DNA of 64,000 bases from Candidatus Hydrogenedentota bacterium (GTDB lineage Bacteria; Hydrogenedentota; Hydrogenedentia; Hydrogenedentales; SLHB01), in assembly GCA_963745075.1 (NCBI GenBank), contig CAVUWV010000036.1, forward strand, positions 288,001 to 352,000, written 5' to 3'. Below are positions 19,052 through 28,609 of this stretch, in pieces. The notes under the pieces are model-generated. The model made no database searches. It saw nothing but the letters and a program-made list of their open reading frames with translations, and had not been told where the DNA came from. A program made the position numbers and the translations under genes. Position 1 is the stretch's first letter, and the number at the start of each line of letters is the position of its first letter.

Positions 19052-20758
19052 TTAAAGGATAAAATTATAGGCCAGATTTCCCTGAAACTGATTTACTTTG
19101 CCGGCAACCGAAGATTTATCGAGGTAAATAATACCCATTCTGAAGGAATGATGGCTGCTGATTTGCCAGTTGCATGTAACCCTGTTATTGATCAGAAAGG
19201 ATTGATCGGAACCAGTAGAAGTATTTAGAAAGCTTGTATTAATCGTCAGGCCCACCTTCTTTTTAAACAGTGATTTTGTTACCCCAAGCGTAGGACCCAA
19301 AGAGGAGGTCTGCAATTCTTCTGCTGTAAATACCGAAAAATTGACTGAGACATATATGGAAACATCACCGGGGACAATCCCCAGCCGGTACATCAGATTG
19401 GTATTCAGAAAAGAGTTAGAAACATCTGTCACCTGCGTTCCCGACTGATTCAACGTATTTCCCTTCTGGTAAGTTGTAACAAGGGTAATTCCCTGTTTGC
19501 TGTTTTCCTTTTCAAAATGATAGTTAGATGACAGTGTTAAATTAGTAGTAGCCTGGGTATATTTTATCGAATCAATTAACAGGATTTGCGTGGGCAATGC
19601 ACTGCTGTTGAAATTGGAAAAAGATCCGGTAAAATTAAGCTTCTTACCGGCAAGCCAGGTACAGTTGAAAGAGGAAATCAACCGGCGGCTGGTTGTAAGC
19701 AGACTGTTATCAAGATTGTTATGCTGGAAACCAAAATTTCCGGAAATTGATATTTTATTTTTCAAAAAAGATCCGCCAAAATCAGCCGTTACTTCTTCAA
19801 TATCATTATTGATAAAGGAGGTTCCGAGTGACTGATACTGGGGATCGACCCTGTTATAGCTTAAACCAATACTGGCCGGACCGAAAACATAATCGAGTGC
19901 TGCCTGAACTGAATTATTAAACTGTGAAGAAGTTCGCGGAGTAAAAAGAAACCCCAGGTTATTGGCATAGGTATAACTTTCCTGAATCACCCGGGGCTGC
20001 CTTGTATCAGTAGTAAAAGCACTTAGCGAATAATCGACCTTCAGATGCAGCTTATTGGTAATGCTGTTACGGGTGCGGAAACCTATCACAAAATTTTCGG
20101 CAGGTTTAACATTGATACTGTCCGGAATCGTAATCGAATTTTTATCATCCTGGCCTTTGAACAGTATAATATCGGCAAACTGCCCCTTTTTCCCGAGTGT
20201 AAGCATGGTTCCATAGCCGCGTCGTTCAAATACCGGCAAATTATTCAATGCATCCGGATCAAAGGCCGAAACCGTTTTGTATTGCTTTGCTGCGGCAAAT
20301 TGTCCGTAAAAAGATTTTATTTTAAACATTGTATGGACGGGGGCATACTCAATCCCGCCTCCCAGAAAAGTAATACCAGACAGGGTATAGCGCGAAAATT
20401 CCATATTCCGGTAACCCAAATGAAGGGTAACAGATCTGTACTGCGGACTGATACCGAATCGTTTAAAAGCATCGGTATTGGCGTCAAGTGAACGGTTATC
20501 CTTCGACAGAAAGAAAGAAACCGGAGCATTCACTACTCCATAAAAGTTAAGATTAAAATTGCCATTCAGCACCCATACAAAAGGATCCCGGATCATATTC
20601 TTTTCGCTGCCAGAGTAAATGGTTGAACTGGCACTGCATCCTCCTGTTACCTGAATCGGATCATTATCTTTTATCTGTTCAATATTCTGTCCCCTTACGG
20701 AAAAGAAAAACATTAAAAAGAAAGGCAATAATCGGTATTTCTTCAAAAAAAGCTGCAC
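19052..20758 (-). CDS. Putative outer-membrane beta-barrel protein of unknown function
   Basis: Signal peptide, alternating beta-strand pattern throughout, C-terminal aromatic strand (GNLAYNF..). 10 nt upstream of the TANFOR-type gene. Confidence 0.7.
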   Translation of the reverse strand: MQLFLKKYRLLPFFLMFFFSVRGQNIEQIKDNDPIQVTGGCSASSTIYSGSEKNMIRDPFVWVLNGNFNLNFYGVVNAPVSFFLSKDNRSLDANTDAFKRFGISPQYRSVTLHLGYRNMEFSRYTLSGITFLGGGIEYAPVHTMFKIKSFYGQFAAAKQYKTVSAFDPDALNNLPVFERRGYGTMLTLGKKGQFADIILFKGQDDKNSITIPDSINVKPAENFVIGFRTRNSITNKLHLKVDYSLSAFTTDTRQPRVIQESYTYANNLGFLFTPRTSSQFNNSVQAALDYVFGPASIGLSYNRVDPQYQSLGTSFINNDIEEVTADFGGSFLKNKISISGNFGFQHNNLDNSLLTTSRRLISSFNCTWLAGKKLNFTGSFSNFNSSALPTQILLIDSIKYTQATTNLTLSSNYHFEKENSKQGITLVTTYQKGNTLNQSGTQVTDVSNSFLNTNLMYRLGIVPGDVSIYVSVNFSVFTAEELQTSSLGPTLGVTKSLFKKKVGLTINTSFLNTSTGSDQSFLINNRVTCNWQISSHHSFRMGIIYLDKSSVAGKVNQFQGNLAYNFIL

Positions 20759-20906
20759 AAATTTTTATAGTATTTTTTCCAAAAGGGAATGTGATCCATT
20801 TTACAGCATCCGGAATTCTGCCTGCAAACCTGACGCAAAAGATTAATTCTCTCAGGCTACACTAAGATTTCCCATTCCGTAAATGTATTATTCCGGGAGC
20901 GGAAAG

Positions 20907-20926
20907 TTTTTGTCAAATGACAAAAA
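20907..20926. promoter_or_regulatory. Palindromic Crp/Fnr-type site
   Basis: TTTTTGTCA-AA-TGACAAAAA (TTG-N8-CAA) right after the regulator stop codon. A related TTGCTA-TT-TAGCAA lies at 21534-21547. Confidence 0.55.
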
Positions 20927-20927
20927 T

Positions 20928-21503
20928 TTACAGTTCGTTTTTTATTTTGCTGAGGGTAAACTGTGAAATACCGAGATAACTTGCAATCATATTTTGGGGT
21001 ACATGCAAGACAATATCTCCGGCTTCGGCAAGAAAATCCTTATATAACTGTCTGGCGCTCATTGTCTGAAGTGATTGTGCTCTTTTTGATGTTTCCAGAT
21101 AATGTTTTTCTGCAATGATCCGGCCAAGCTTTTCAAAATTGTGAAACTTGCTGTACAGTTGTAACAGATCATTTTTTTCAAGATACATAATCTCGCAGGA
21201 AGTGATTGCTTCTACTGTATGTACACTGGGAATATTTTCGGCAAATGAAGTTTGAAGCGTTACTATATCATGATTGGGTACAAAATAGAAATAGGAGGTA
21301 ATTATATTGCCCTGCTCATCAGCATTAAAAGCCCTTAGAATACCTTCTTTTAAGAAGCCAGCCTTATCAGCAACAGCTCCAGCTTTAAGAAATACTTCCC
21401 TGGGACTGAGTTTTACAGTTTTTGCATATTTGTAAAAAGCTTTCCATTCCTCCTCATTCAATGGTGCATACCTGCCAATAGTTTTCCTCACCCATTCATT
21501 CAT
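20928..21503 (-). CDS. Crp/Fnr family transcriptional regulator
   Basis: FLKAG..FLKEGILRAF cNMP-binding fold; VPQNMIASYLGISQFTLSKIK HTH. Confidence 0.88.
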   Translation of the reverse strand: MNEWVRKTIGRYAPLNEEEWKAFYKYAKTVKLSPREVFLKAGAVADKAGFLKEGILRAFNADEQGNIITSYFYFVPNHDIVTLQTSFAENIPSVHTVEAITSCEIMYLEKNDLLQLYSKFHNFEKLGRIIAEKHYLETSKRAQSLQTMSARQLYKDFLAEAGDIVLHVPQNMIASYLGISQFTLSKIKNEL

Positions 21504-22005
21504 GATAATTTTTTCAGGATTGAGATTTTCAACTTGCTATTTAGCAAATATGCAGCAGATTTAAAAGTCTGTCCATCAAAAAAACCGAAAGTAAGGTGAT
21601 ATATTTCTTTTGTCAGGAATCCGAAAAGATTCATCAGAGGGTAATCACAAAAACAATCAGGGAGGCAATCAGCAAAATAAGCAGTATCTCATACAAATTA
21701 AGTAACTTGATCCTTCTGTTTATATCTTTTTCTTCTTTCACACTTAATAAGTTTTTTGCGTTCAACTCCCGTTCTGTTTGATTTTATTCCCACTCAGTAT
21801 AGCATCAATTTGAAAGCATTTATGGGAAAAACAATCGATTTCAAAGATATCAGTAATTTCTAAAACATATGTTATTAAAATGTTAGAAAATGGTGAAAAA
21901 AATAACAGATTGGTGTATGAAATGTTTTTTGTTTATGCATAGAATGTAAATTGACATATCCGGAGAAGAAAATTACAGTTAAACCCAATGAGCTGGTTGG
22001 AACAA

Positions 22006-25000
22006 TTATTTACCTTTATGTTTATCCGCGAAGCGGGAGGGCAGCATATTATATTCCTGCTTGAAATACCTTGAAAAATAACGGGGATTGTTAAATCCTA
22101 CCTTGTAGGCTATTTCTGAAATTGTGAGCTGACTGTCCCTGAGTAACTGGGCAGCCCTCTTCATTCTGATTGAACGGATAAATTCAATAGGAGTTTTACC
22201 TGTCAGAGCTGTAAGTTTCTTATATAAATGCACACGGCTCATTCCTATTTCGGTGCTGAGTTCCACTACCGAAAAATCCGGGTTATCCATATTTTTTTCA
22301 ACTATTTGCAGTGCTTTCTGAAGTAATTTATCATCTGCTGAATGAAGATTCATACTTGAAGGTGTTATCTCAATTTTTCCCGGCGATGCCTGCCTGATCA
22401 TTTTACGCTGTTCAAGCAGATTTCTAATTTTTGATTCCAGTATTTCAAAGCTGAATGGCTTTGGTATATAAGCATCAGCTCCGGCTTCAAGGCTGTCAAG
22501 TTCATCATTCCGGGTAGTACGGGCGGTAAGCAATATTACAGGTAAGTGCATGAACCGGTTATCTTTCTTTATTTTCCTGATCAGTTGCAAACCGTCCAAA
22601 ACCGGCATCATCAAATCCGTTACCACAAGATCCGGATCAGTTTCAATCATCCTCTCCCACCCCTCTTTACCATTGGAAGCTTCCATGATTCTGTATGCAT
22701 ACTTCAGGTTGTCTTTCAAATAAAATCTGAAATCTTCATTATCTTCTATAATTAGCAGAAGCGGTTTTTCACCCTGCAGGTCAAATTCACCTGACTGAGC
22801 ATTTATTTCCCTTTCAGATGAAACAGTCACCAGGTTTTTCGGGCTCCCCTTTGTTGCAGATACCGCTGCATCAGCAGCTTCAGCTGACATTCTGATAATA
22901 AAGATACTGCCCTTCCCCGGTTCACTCTGTACTGAAATCGTTCCCCCGTGCAACTGTACATACTCCCTGACAAGTGACAGACCTATTCCGCTGCCCTGAT
23001 TCAGTATTGTCCCTGGCATTTCCTGCTGGAAAAACCTTTCAAATACTTTTTCCTGTTTGCCCGCAGGGATACCTATCCCCGTGTCAGCAACCCGTATTTC
23101 AACCTGTTTCCCTGTCCGGGTATTTTTATCTAAATTGATTGACAGCTCAACTGAACCGTTTGCCGGGGTAAACTTGAAAGCATTGGACAAGAGATTGAAA
23201 ATTATCTTTTCCATCTTATCAGGATCAAAAAACATGTTCAGTTCCTCTGCCTCAGTATTAACTGTAAAATTGATATTCTTGTCTTCGGCCAGGTCAGTAA
23301 AAGAAGCAGCTACCTGCTGAACAAACTGAACCAGGTCACCAAATTCAGGTTCCAGTGTAATCCCCTGTACTTCAATTTTCCTGAAATCAAGCAACTGGTT
23401 GACCAGGTTTAGTAAGCGCCTGGCATTCCGGTACATTATCTGAAACTGCTTGGATTTTTCCGGATCACGCGTTTCCTTTACAAACTTTTCTAAAGGACTA
23501 ATAATGAGACTTAAAGGAGTGCGGATCTCATGACTCACATTGGTGAAAAATTTAATCTTCAGCATATCCAGCTCATGTCTGCGCGCCGATTCAAGCCGCT
23601 CCTGCTCTGTCTGGAACCGCAGATGCGTGCGTTTCACGATCATGTACCGAAGAAAATACAATCCGGCAAACACAATCAGAATATAGGCAGCAATTGCCCA
23701 CCGGGTTCTCCAGAAAGGTGGCAGAATAGTTATGTGCAAGGTGGCTCCTTCTTCATTCCAGAAACCATCATTGTTGGATGCTTTTACCCGGAAAATATAA
23801 TTGCCCGGGTCCAGGTTGGTGTAAGTGGCTTTCCTGTGACTGCTGTTGGCTGAAAGCCAACTGTCGTTAAAATTAACCAATTGATACTTATAGCTGTTTT
23901 TTTCAGGATGAAAATAACTCAATGCCGCAAATTCAACAGAAAACATATTTTCTGAATACTTCAGTGTAATATACTGAGTCTGCGATATGGCCTGATTTAA
24001 AATGACACGTCCGTTAATTTTCTCCCCTACGTTCACATCCTGGTTGATGAGCTGAAACCCGGTGAAAACTACTTCAGGAATCCGATGATTGACTTTTATG
24101 GCGGAAGGATCAAAATAATTGAAGCCATTTGCACCTCCAAATAATAATTTTCCGTTTGAAGTTCTCAATGCAGCACCCAGGTTAAAGGCCCGTCCCTGAA
24201 GTCCGTCAGTCTGATCGAAATTGCGAAATTCCACACTATCGATATTCCTGTTTGTAGTAAGAATAAATGACATCTTTGATAACCCGTCAAGTGTACCAAT
24301 CCAGAGATTTCCACCGGTATCTTCAACAATTGACATCACGCCATTGTCGGCAAGTCCGTCCGTTTCGCGGTATGTAGTAAATTTTTTTGCTTCGGGATCA
24401 TAACAATTCAGACCTTCCTGTGTTCCTATCCAGATAAGGCCCCTGCTGTCAGCCAGCAATGCAGAGATATTATCGTTACTTAATCCTGAAGAGTCAATTG
24501 TACTCGTCCCAAAATGGATGAATCGGCCGGAATTTTTCATTAACACATCTACACCGTTATCAGCACCAATCCATATATTACCCTGGTTATCTGCATCCAG
24601 TGTAAGAAGAAAATCCGACTGAACCGAATTTACATCATCTTTCCGGTAATGATTGAAGGTTAATTCCCCCGGCTTTAGCAAATCCAGCCCTCCCCCGAGG
24701 GTAGCGATCCATATGTTATGCTGTGCATCTTCGCATATATCCCATACCCGGTTATCCGAAAGTGATCCCGGATCATCAGGATCGGCATAAAAATGCCGGA
24801 ATACTTTGCCGTCATACATATTTAGGCCTCCATAATAGGTGCCAATCCACAGCCTGTTTTTATGATCAACGAGCAAAGAAACAATTACATCATTACTGAG
24901 GCTGCCGGGATCATCTGTATGACGAAAATGCCGGAAATTATCTGTAGCCGGATCAAACAACTGCAATCCGCCACCGTTGGTTCCAATCCAGAATTTTCCA

Positions 25001-26151
25001 TTGTGATCTTCAGCAAAACAGTTGACATCATTATATCCCAGACTTTGTTTACTTGAAGGAATATGCTGATAGGTATGAAATTTAATGATGTCTTCATGAT
25101 AATAATTGATTCCCTGTTTATAAGTTCCTGCCCAGATTATGCCGTTATTATCCTTGTAAAGTGACATGATAACGTTCTGCGTCAAACTGTTTGGATCATC
25201 GGGATTATTTAGCAGATAATGAACAGAAAAATCCTTTTTATCCAGGACATTGATACCTCCGTGATCTGTTCCGATCCAGATGAGCCCGTGGTTGTCCTGC
25301 ACCACATCCCGGACAATGTTGGTATTTAAGCGGCCAGAGTCGGATTCAGTACTAAAATGGTGCAAAATTTTATGATCCCGTTCAAAATAATATAATCCCA
25401 TTGCATTGTTTGTAATACTGATCCAGATGTCGCCGTCCCGGTCAGCATAGAGTAATGACTGCATAACCTGTACAGGATACTGATAGTGCAATTTAAAATT
25501 TTTGCTTAAAATTTGATTGGTATCAGGATTCAGCTCTATCAGAAGGCCGTTTTGTGTAACCAGCCATATATTTCCATTCGGATCCAGCGTAAGATCCGAA
25601 ATAACAGCTTGTCCGTCAAATACTTCATCAGATGGAATAAAATTAATACTCAGGGAAGTATCACGATCAGTAAGGTATTTGAATAACCTGCCATCATCAC
25701 TGTATATCCACAAATTACCATTCCTGTCGGTTTTCATACCGCTTATTGTCACATCAGGAAGCGAATATTCGCGAAGAATATCTGAAACATCATGGATAAA
25801 GCTTTCGGTTTCAGGATTATAAATATTAAGTCCTGCTCGTGTTCCCACCCAGAGACGTTGCTTATTATCTTCAAAAACAGAAGAGATATAATTATCGTTT
25901 AACGATTGACTATTGTGTTGCTCATGTTTAAAATTCCTGAAAGAATATCCATCAAACCTGTTCAACCCGGAGACTGTGCCAAACCACACAAAGCCCCTGC
26001 TGTCTTTCAGGATACAGCTCACCTGGTTATTGGACAACCCATCAGTAGTACTCAGATGTGAGAAACGGTATTGCACCTCTTGGCCAGCCAGAGACTGGAG
26101 CAATACAATACCGATAATACCCAGGAAAATCTTTTTTAAGCTATATTTCAC
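22006..26151 (-). CDS. Hybrid two-component sensor kinase/response regulator (HTCS)
   Basis: Reg_prop repeats (GLSNNQV..D.RG.VWFGT), Y_Y_Y domain, TM helix, FFTNVSHEIRTPL, NLLSNAFKF, GSGIGL, receiver TDLMMP and AraC HTH. Confidence 0.96.
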   Translation of the reverse strand: MKYSLKKIFLGIIGIVLLQSLAGQEVQYRFSHLSTTDGLSNNQVSCILKDSRGFVWFGTVSGLNRFDGYSFRNFKHEQHNSQSLNDNYISSVFEDNKQRLWVGTRAGLNIYNPETESFIHDVSDILREYSLPDVTISGMKTDRNGNLWIYSDDGRLFKYLTDRDTSLSINFIPSDEVFDGQAVISDLTLDPNGNIWLVTQNGLLIELNPDTNQILSKNFKLHYQYPVQVMQSLLYADRDGDIWISITNNAMGLYYFERDHKILHHFSTESDSGRLNTNIVRDVVQDNHGLIWIGTDHGGINVLDKKDFSVHYLLNNPDDPNSLTQNVIMSLYKDNNGIIWAGTYKQGINYYHEDIIKFHTYQHIPSSKQSLGYNDVNCFAEDHNGKFWIGTNGGGLQLFDPATDNFRHFRHTDDPGSLSNDVIVSLLVDHKNRLWIGTYYGGLNMYDGKVFRHFYADPDDPGSLSDNRVWDICEDAQHNIWIATLGGGLDLLKPGELTFNHYRKDDVNSVQSDFLLTLDADNQGNIWIGADNGVDVLMKNSGRFIHFGTSTIDSSGLSNDNISALLADSRGLIWIGTQEGLNCYDPEAKKFTTYRETDGLADNGVMSIVEDTGGNLWIGTLDGLSKMSFILTTNRNIDSVEFRNFDQTDGLQGRAFNLGAALRTSNGKLLFGGANGFNYFDPSAIKVNHRIPEVVFTGFQLINQDVNVGEKINGRVILNQAISQTQYITLKYSENMFSVEFAALSYFHPEKNSYKYQLVNFNDSWLSANSSHRKATYTNLDPGNYIFRVKASNNDGFWNEEGATLHITILPPFWRTRWAIAAYILIVFAGLYFLRYMIVKRTHLRFQTEQERLESARRHELDMLKIKFFTNVSHEIRTPLSLIISPLEKFVKETRDPEKSKQFQIMYRNARRLLNLVNQLLDFRKIEVQGITLEPEFGDLVQFVQQVAASFTDLAEDKNINFTVNTEAEELNMFFDPDKMEKIIFNLLSNAFKFTPANGSVELSINLDKNTRTGKQVEIRVADTGIGIPAGKQEKVFERFFQQEMPGTILNQGSGIGLSLVREYVQLHGGTISVQSEPGKGSIFIIRMSAEAADAAVSATKGSPKNLVTVSSEREINAQSGEFDLQGEKPLLLIIEDNEDFRFYLKDNLKYAYRIMEASNGKEGWERMIETDPDLVVTDLMMPVLDGLQLIRKIKKDNRFMHLPVILLTARTTRNDELDSLEAGADAYIPKPFSFEILESKIRNLLEQRKMIRQASPGKIEITPSSMNLHSADDKLLQKALQIVEKNMDNPDFSVVELSTEIGMSRVHLYKKLTALTGKTPIEFIRSIRMKRAAQLLRDSQLTISEIAYKVGFNNPRYFSRYFKQEYNMLPSRFADKHKGK

Positions 26152-26521
26152 TGTTAAAAAGCTTTGTCTCTTCTACCCGGACAGTATGTATCCGGGATAC
26201 TAATATATTTTCAAATATAACCATGAATTTTTAAAAAGATTGCATGTTAAAACACAAGACTTGAATTAAATAAATATTTAGCTTAGTTTTTCTTTCTTTT
26301 TTCTGTTTACGAAGCCTTTTTTGTAATCCAGTCTGATTATATGGGGTTATTTCAAAGAAAAAGTTCTGTTAATTTAATCCTTATATGACTGATATAAATA
26401 AAAAATACAGGGTAGTGAAAAATATTTAACTTTAATTTAACCTGATTATGTAAATGAAATTAAAAAAAGGTGTACTTTTGCGCCCTTCAAATTAGTAATC
26501 ATTTAAAATAAAAGGTAATAC

Positions 26522-26737
26522 ATGCATTTAATAGAAAATGCGTCAATAACAGGACGCACAATTGGAGAACAGGATCTTTATCTAGTTCAGGATGAAATAA
26601 CAGGAAGGATTATCACACTTGTAAATGCGAATAATTTCGAACTTGAAACAGGTGCAGAAGGGTTGGTTTCCTATGAAACCGGCACAGAAAATGTACTCAT
26701 TGGCTTCGAACCTGCCACTGAAGAAGTATTCGCATAA
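26522..26737 (+). CDS. Small acidic hypothetical protein (71 aa), monocistronic
   Basis: TACTTTTG -7 promoter at 26473-26480, A-rich leader, intrinsic terminator directly after. Confidence 0.65.
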   Translation: MHLIENASITGRTIGEQDLYLVQDEITGRIITLVNANNFELETGAEGLVSYETGTENVLIGFEPATEEVFA

Positions 26738-26763
26738 TTCCATCAGCAAAACTATTTTTTGAG

Positions 26764-26789
26764 ACATCCCAACCGGGATGTTTTTTTTT
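26764..26789 (+). terminator. Intrinsic terminator
   Basis: ACATCCC-AACC-GGGATGT followed by a T-run. Confidence 0.8.
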
Positions 26790-27046
26790 GCTTACTATTT
26801 AATGATACAATCAAAGACCGCTGCCCATTTCTGAAAAGATCGTTAAAAAGCGACTGATATTTTTAAAACTGCTAGCTTAAAATGGCTGGTAAATAACTAA
26901 ATGGTAGTTAAGTACACAAAATATTACTATTCAATAATCCGTATAATATGGAAAATGTCTTTAATAAAAAATAACATTTTTTGTATTTCCGTTCCCGGAA
27001 GTAAACATTATCTTTAGGGCTTTTAATAAAACCAAACAAATTATTT

Positions 27047-28477
27047 ATGAGCAGACTAAGTACCACCATCAACAAGTTTCCCAGGGTATTCTGGGTGTCA
27101 AACTTCATGGAGTTATTTGAGCGGTGGGCATGGTATGGTTTTTACAATGCCCTTGCCCTTTACCTGACCATGAGTAAAGACACCGGTGCCCTTGAGTTTA
27201 CGCAGGCCCAGAAGGGAGTGATCATGGGAACGGGAACAATGTTGTTGTATTTCTTACCATTGATTACCGGTGCCATATCTGACCGGGTAGGATACAAAAA
27301 AGTTTTGATTGCCTCCTTTACCATGTATGTCGGGGGTTATTTTATGATGGGTACCTTTCATACCTTCGGAATGATTTTTTTCGCTTACATCTTTCTGGCA
27401 GTAGCAGGCGCCTTGTTCAAACCCATCATTTCGGCCATGATTGCCAAAACAACTAACAAGGAAACCTCATCAGTTGGATTCGGCATTTTCTACATGATGA
27501 TCAATATCGGCGGATTTATCGGTCCGTTTGTATCGGGATTCCTGTATCATGCCAGCTGGCATTATGTATTTCTGATGTCAATCATAGCCATTGCTATTAA
27601 CTTCATCTTTGTACTCTTTATGTTTAAAGAGCCTCACCGGGAAGAAACAGATGACTCTTTTCTGCAAAATATAGGAATTGCACTTAAAAATATTGGTAAA
27701 ACACTGCTTGACTGGCGATATGTACTCTTTTTGCTCATCATGAGCCTTTTCTGGTCTTCTTTTAACCAGTTGTATTATTCCTTTCCTGTTTTTGTAGAAG
27801 ATTGGGTGCAACTGGACAAACTGGCAGCTTTCCTGCACATGCCAGCGGGTAGTATCACACCGGTGACCATTTTGAGTATGGATGCCTTTTTTATTATTGT
27901 TTTCCAGATGCTTGTTTCTTCGATTTCTGCAAAATTCCGTCCGTTGCATTCAATGGCAGTTGGCATCCTGGTGCTGGGCGGCGGATTATTCCTGATGTTC
28001 ATCACACGGAGTCCCTGGTGGGTATTGTTCGGACTGCTGGTTTTCAGTCTTGGTGAAATGGCCAGTTCGCCTAAATTTACTGAATATGTTGGTCGCATTG
28101 CTCCGGCTGATAAAAAAGCACTTTACATGGGAACGTCATTTCTTCCCATCGCCCTGGGGCATTTCATTGCCGGCTGGTTATCTGGTGAGATTTATGCTGT
28201 ACGGGCTGAAAAGATCACATTATTAAAAGAATACCTTACTGAAAAAGGGATTGCTTTTCATGATGTGACACAAACCTTTACACAAAGTGATTTTTACCAT
28301 CAGGCAGAAAAACTGCTGGGAATGGATATGAACCAGATAACCACCATGCTCTGGAATAAGGACCATCCTTCACAGGTATGGATCATGTATACCGGAATGG
28401 CTGTTTTGTCTACCCTGCTGCTTTTTGTGTATGACAAATTTATTCTTCGGCACCAGGAAAATAACAAAAGTAAATAG
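27047..28477 (+). CDS. MFS transporter, POT/PTR-like peptide transporter
   Basis: ELFERWAWYG (ExxER motif), GFGIFYMMINIGG and multiple TM segments. Confidence 0.85.
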   Translation: MSRLSTTINKFPRVFWVSNFMELFERWAWYGFYNALALYLTMSKDTGALEFTQAQKGVIMGTGTMLLYFLPLITGAISDRVGYKKVLIASFTMYVGGYFMMGTFHTFGMIFFAYIFLAVAGALFKPIISAMIAKTTNKETSSVGFGIFYMMINIGGFIGPFVSGFLYHASWHYVFLMSIIAIAINFIFVLFMFKEPHREETDDSFLQNIGIALKNIGKTLLDWRYVLFLLIMSLFWSSFNQLYYSFPVFVEDWVQLDKLAAFLHMPAGSITPVTILSMDAFFIIVFQMLVSSISAKFRPLHSMAVGILVLGGGLFLMFITRSPWWVLFGLLVFSLGEMASSPKFTEYVGRIAPADKKALYMGTSFLPIALGHFIAGWLSGEIYAVRAEKITLLKEYLTEKGIAFHDVTQTFTQSDFYHQAEKLLGMDMNQITTMLWNKDHPSQVWIMYTGMAVLSTLLLFVYDKFILRHQENNKSK

Positions 28478-28515
28478 CAACTTAATAACCAAAGCCTGTA
28501 TGCTGTTCTTTGCAA

Positions 28516-28571
28516 ACAGCAATAAAAAAAGCTGAACCGGCAGAAGATGGTTCAGCTTTTTTTATTGCTGT
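28516..28571. terminator. Bidirectional terminator
   Basis: Perfect 23-bp inverted repeat including A7/T7 tracts, between convergent genes. Confidence 0.85.
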
Positions 28572-28609
28572 AGAGAATATTTAATGTTGTCTACAGGTAA
28601 TTGCTTGTT

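Noticed and set aside
26522..26737. tmRNA (the ANNFEL stretch resembles a tag peptide)
   Set aside because: No tRNA-like ends and no ALAA-stop; it reads as an ordinary ORF.
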